32,000 nt of DNA from an uncultured Chloroflexia bacterium (GTDB taxonomy: Bacteria; Chloroflexota; Anaerolineae; Anaerolineales; Anaerolineaceae). The translations under genes were made by a program, and so were the position numbers. Of the stretch, positions 31,824 through 32,000 are shown piece after piece; the first letter of the stretch is position 1; the number at the start of each line of letters is the position of its first letter. The notes beneath the pieces are model-generated. The model made no database searches. It saw only the letters and a list, made by a program, of their open reading frames with translations, and was not told the DNA's origin. The stretch is from NCBI GenBank assembly GCA_963704755.1, contig OY969938.1:2280001-2312000 (forward strand). The letters run 5' to 3'.

Positions 31824-32000
31824 CTTCGATGGTCAGGTAAGCCATCGTCTGGTTCAACAACTGGTAGGCGATCTCGCCAAAGGTGATCGGGCCGGTAAAA
31901 TCGGTCGCTTTTCTTCCTTCCAGGCCGGCATAAAGATAGTTCAAAATACAATTACAGGCAAAGAAAAGTTTATCACCAATGCCGGCGGGCACTTGAGCCA
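31816..32000 (-). CDS. 3' end of a FIST-domain-like sensor protein (partial, continues beyond the window)
   Basis: The only open minus-strand frame here gives ...GIGDKLFFACNCILNYLYAGLEGRKATDFTGPITFGEIAYQLLNQTMAYLTIEDA*. The FGEI..xNQTM ending resembles FIST_C. The stop overlaps the kinase ATG (ATGCCTGA). Confidence 0.5.
   Translation of the reverse strand, partial: AQVPAGIGDKLFFACNCILNYLYAGLEGRKATDFTGPITFGEIAYQLLNQTMAYLTIEDA

Noticed and set aside
31880-31900. 17-nt exact match AAAGGTGATCGGGCCGG between the FIST-like coding region (31881-31897) and the intergenic repeat at 12908-12924.
   Set aside because: It is borderline for chance in a GC-rich 32-kb window. It lies in a well-behaved reading frame, and no further repeat homology extends on either side.
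31655-31951. 98-aa minus-strand ORF upstream of the kinase.
   Set aside because: It overlaps the kinase N-terminus out of frame and has an implausible composition. The adjacent frame running to the window edge gives a FIST_C-like C-terminus that is stop/start-coupled to the kinase.

Overview
GC-rich bacterial chromosomal window with about 27 credible protein genes and unusually repeat-rich, hairpin-rich intergenic DNA. No rRNA, tRNA, CRISPR array, transposase or integrase was recognised. The many long ORFs antisense to real genes look like GC-driven shadow ORFs.

Layout:
- 31-10432, minus strand: housekeeping and envelope genes. These are an aminotransferase, GNATs, a SnoaL-like protein, threonine synthase, a Tat-exported L,D-transpeptidase, a GT2 glycosyltransferase, signal peptidase I and a frameshifted CAP-domain exoprotein.
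- 10595-12820, plus strand: PcrA/UvrD helicase.
- 13466-23412, minus strand: the main point of interest. A Mop-type molybdenum aldehyde oxidoreductase and a 4x[4Fe-4S] CooF/HycB-like protein lie directly upstream of a six-gene group-4 membrane [NiFe]-hydrogenase. That hydrogenase is Coo/FHL-like, and its large subunit keeps both Ni-Fe cysteine motifs. The arrangement copies formate hydrogenlyase and CO-dependent hydrogenase, but with an aldehyde oxidoreductase as the input module, so it is a candidate 'aldehyde hydrogenlyase'.
- 23926-29202, plus strand, divergent from mop across a 513-bp palindrome-rich region: a translationally coupled five-gene operon of unknown function. It encodes an FAD/Fe-S/CCG-domain fusion oxidoreductase, a zinc-ribbon protein, a SAM methyltransferase, a C_GCAxxG_C_C protein, and a Tes/COG1964-type radical SAM enzyme with a Cys-rich tail.
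- 29344-32000, minus strand: a FIST / GAF histidine kinase / NarL-type response regulator set.

All calls rest on motif reading and recall of protein families. No database search was run.
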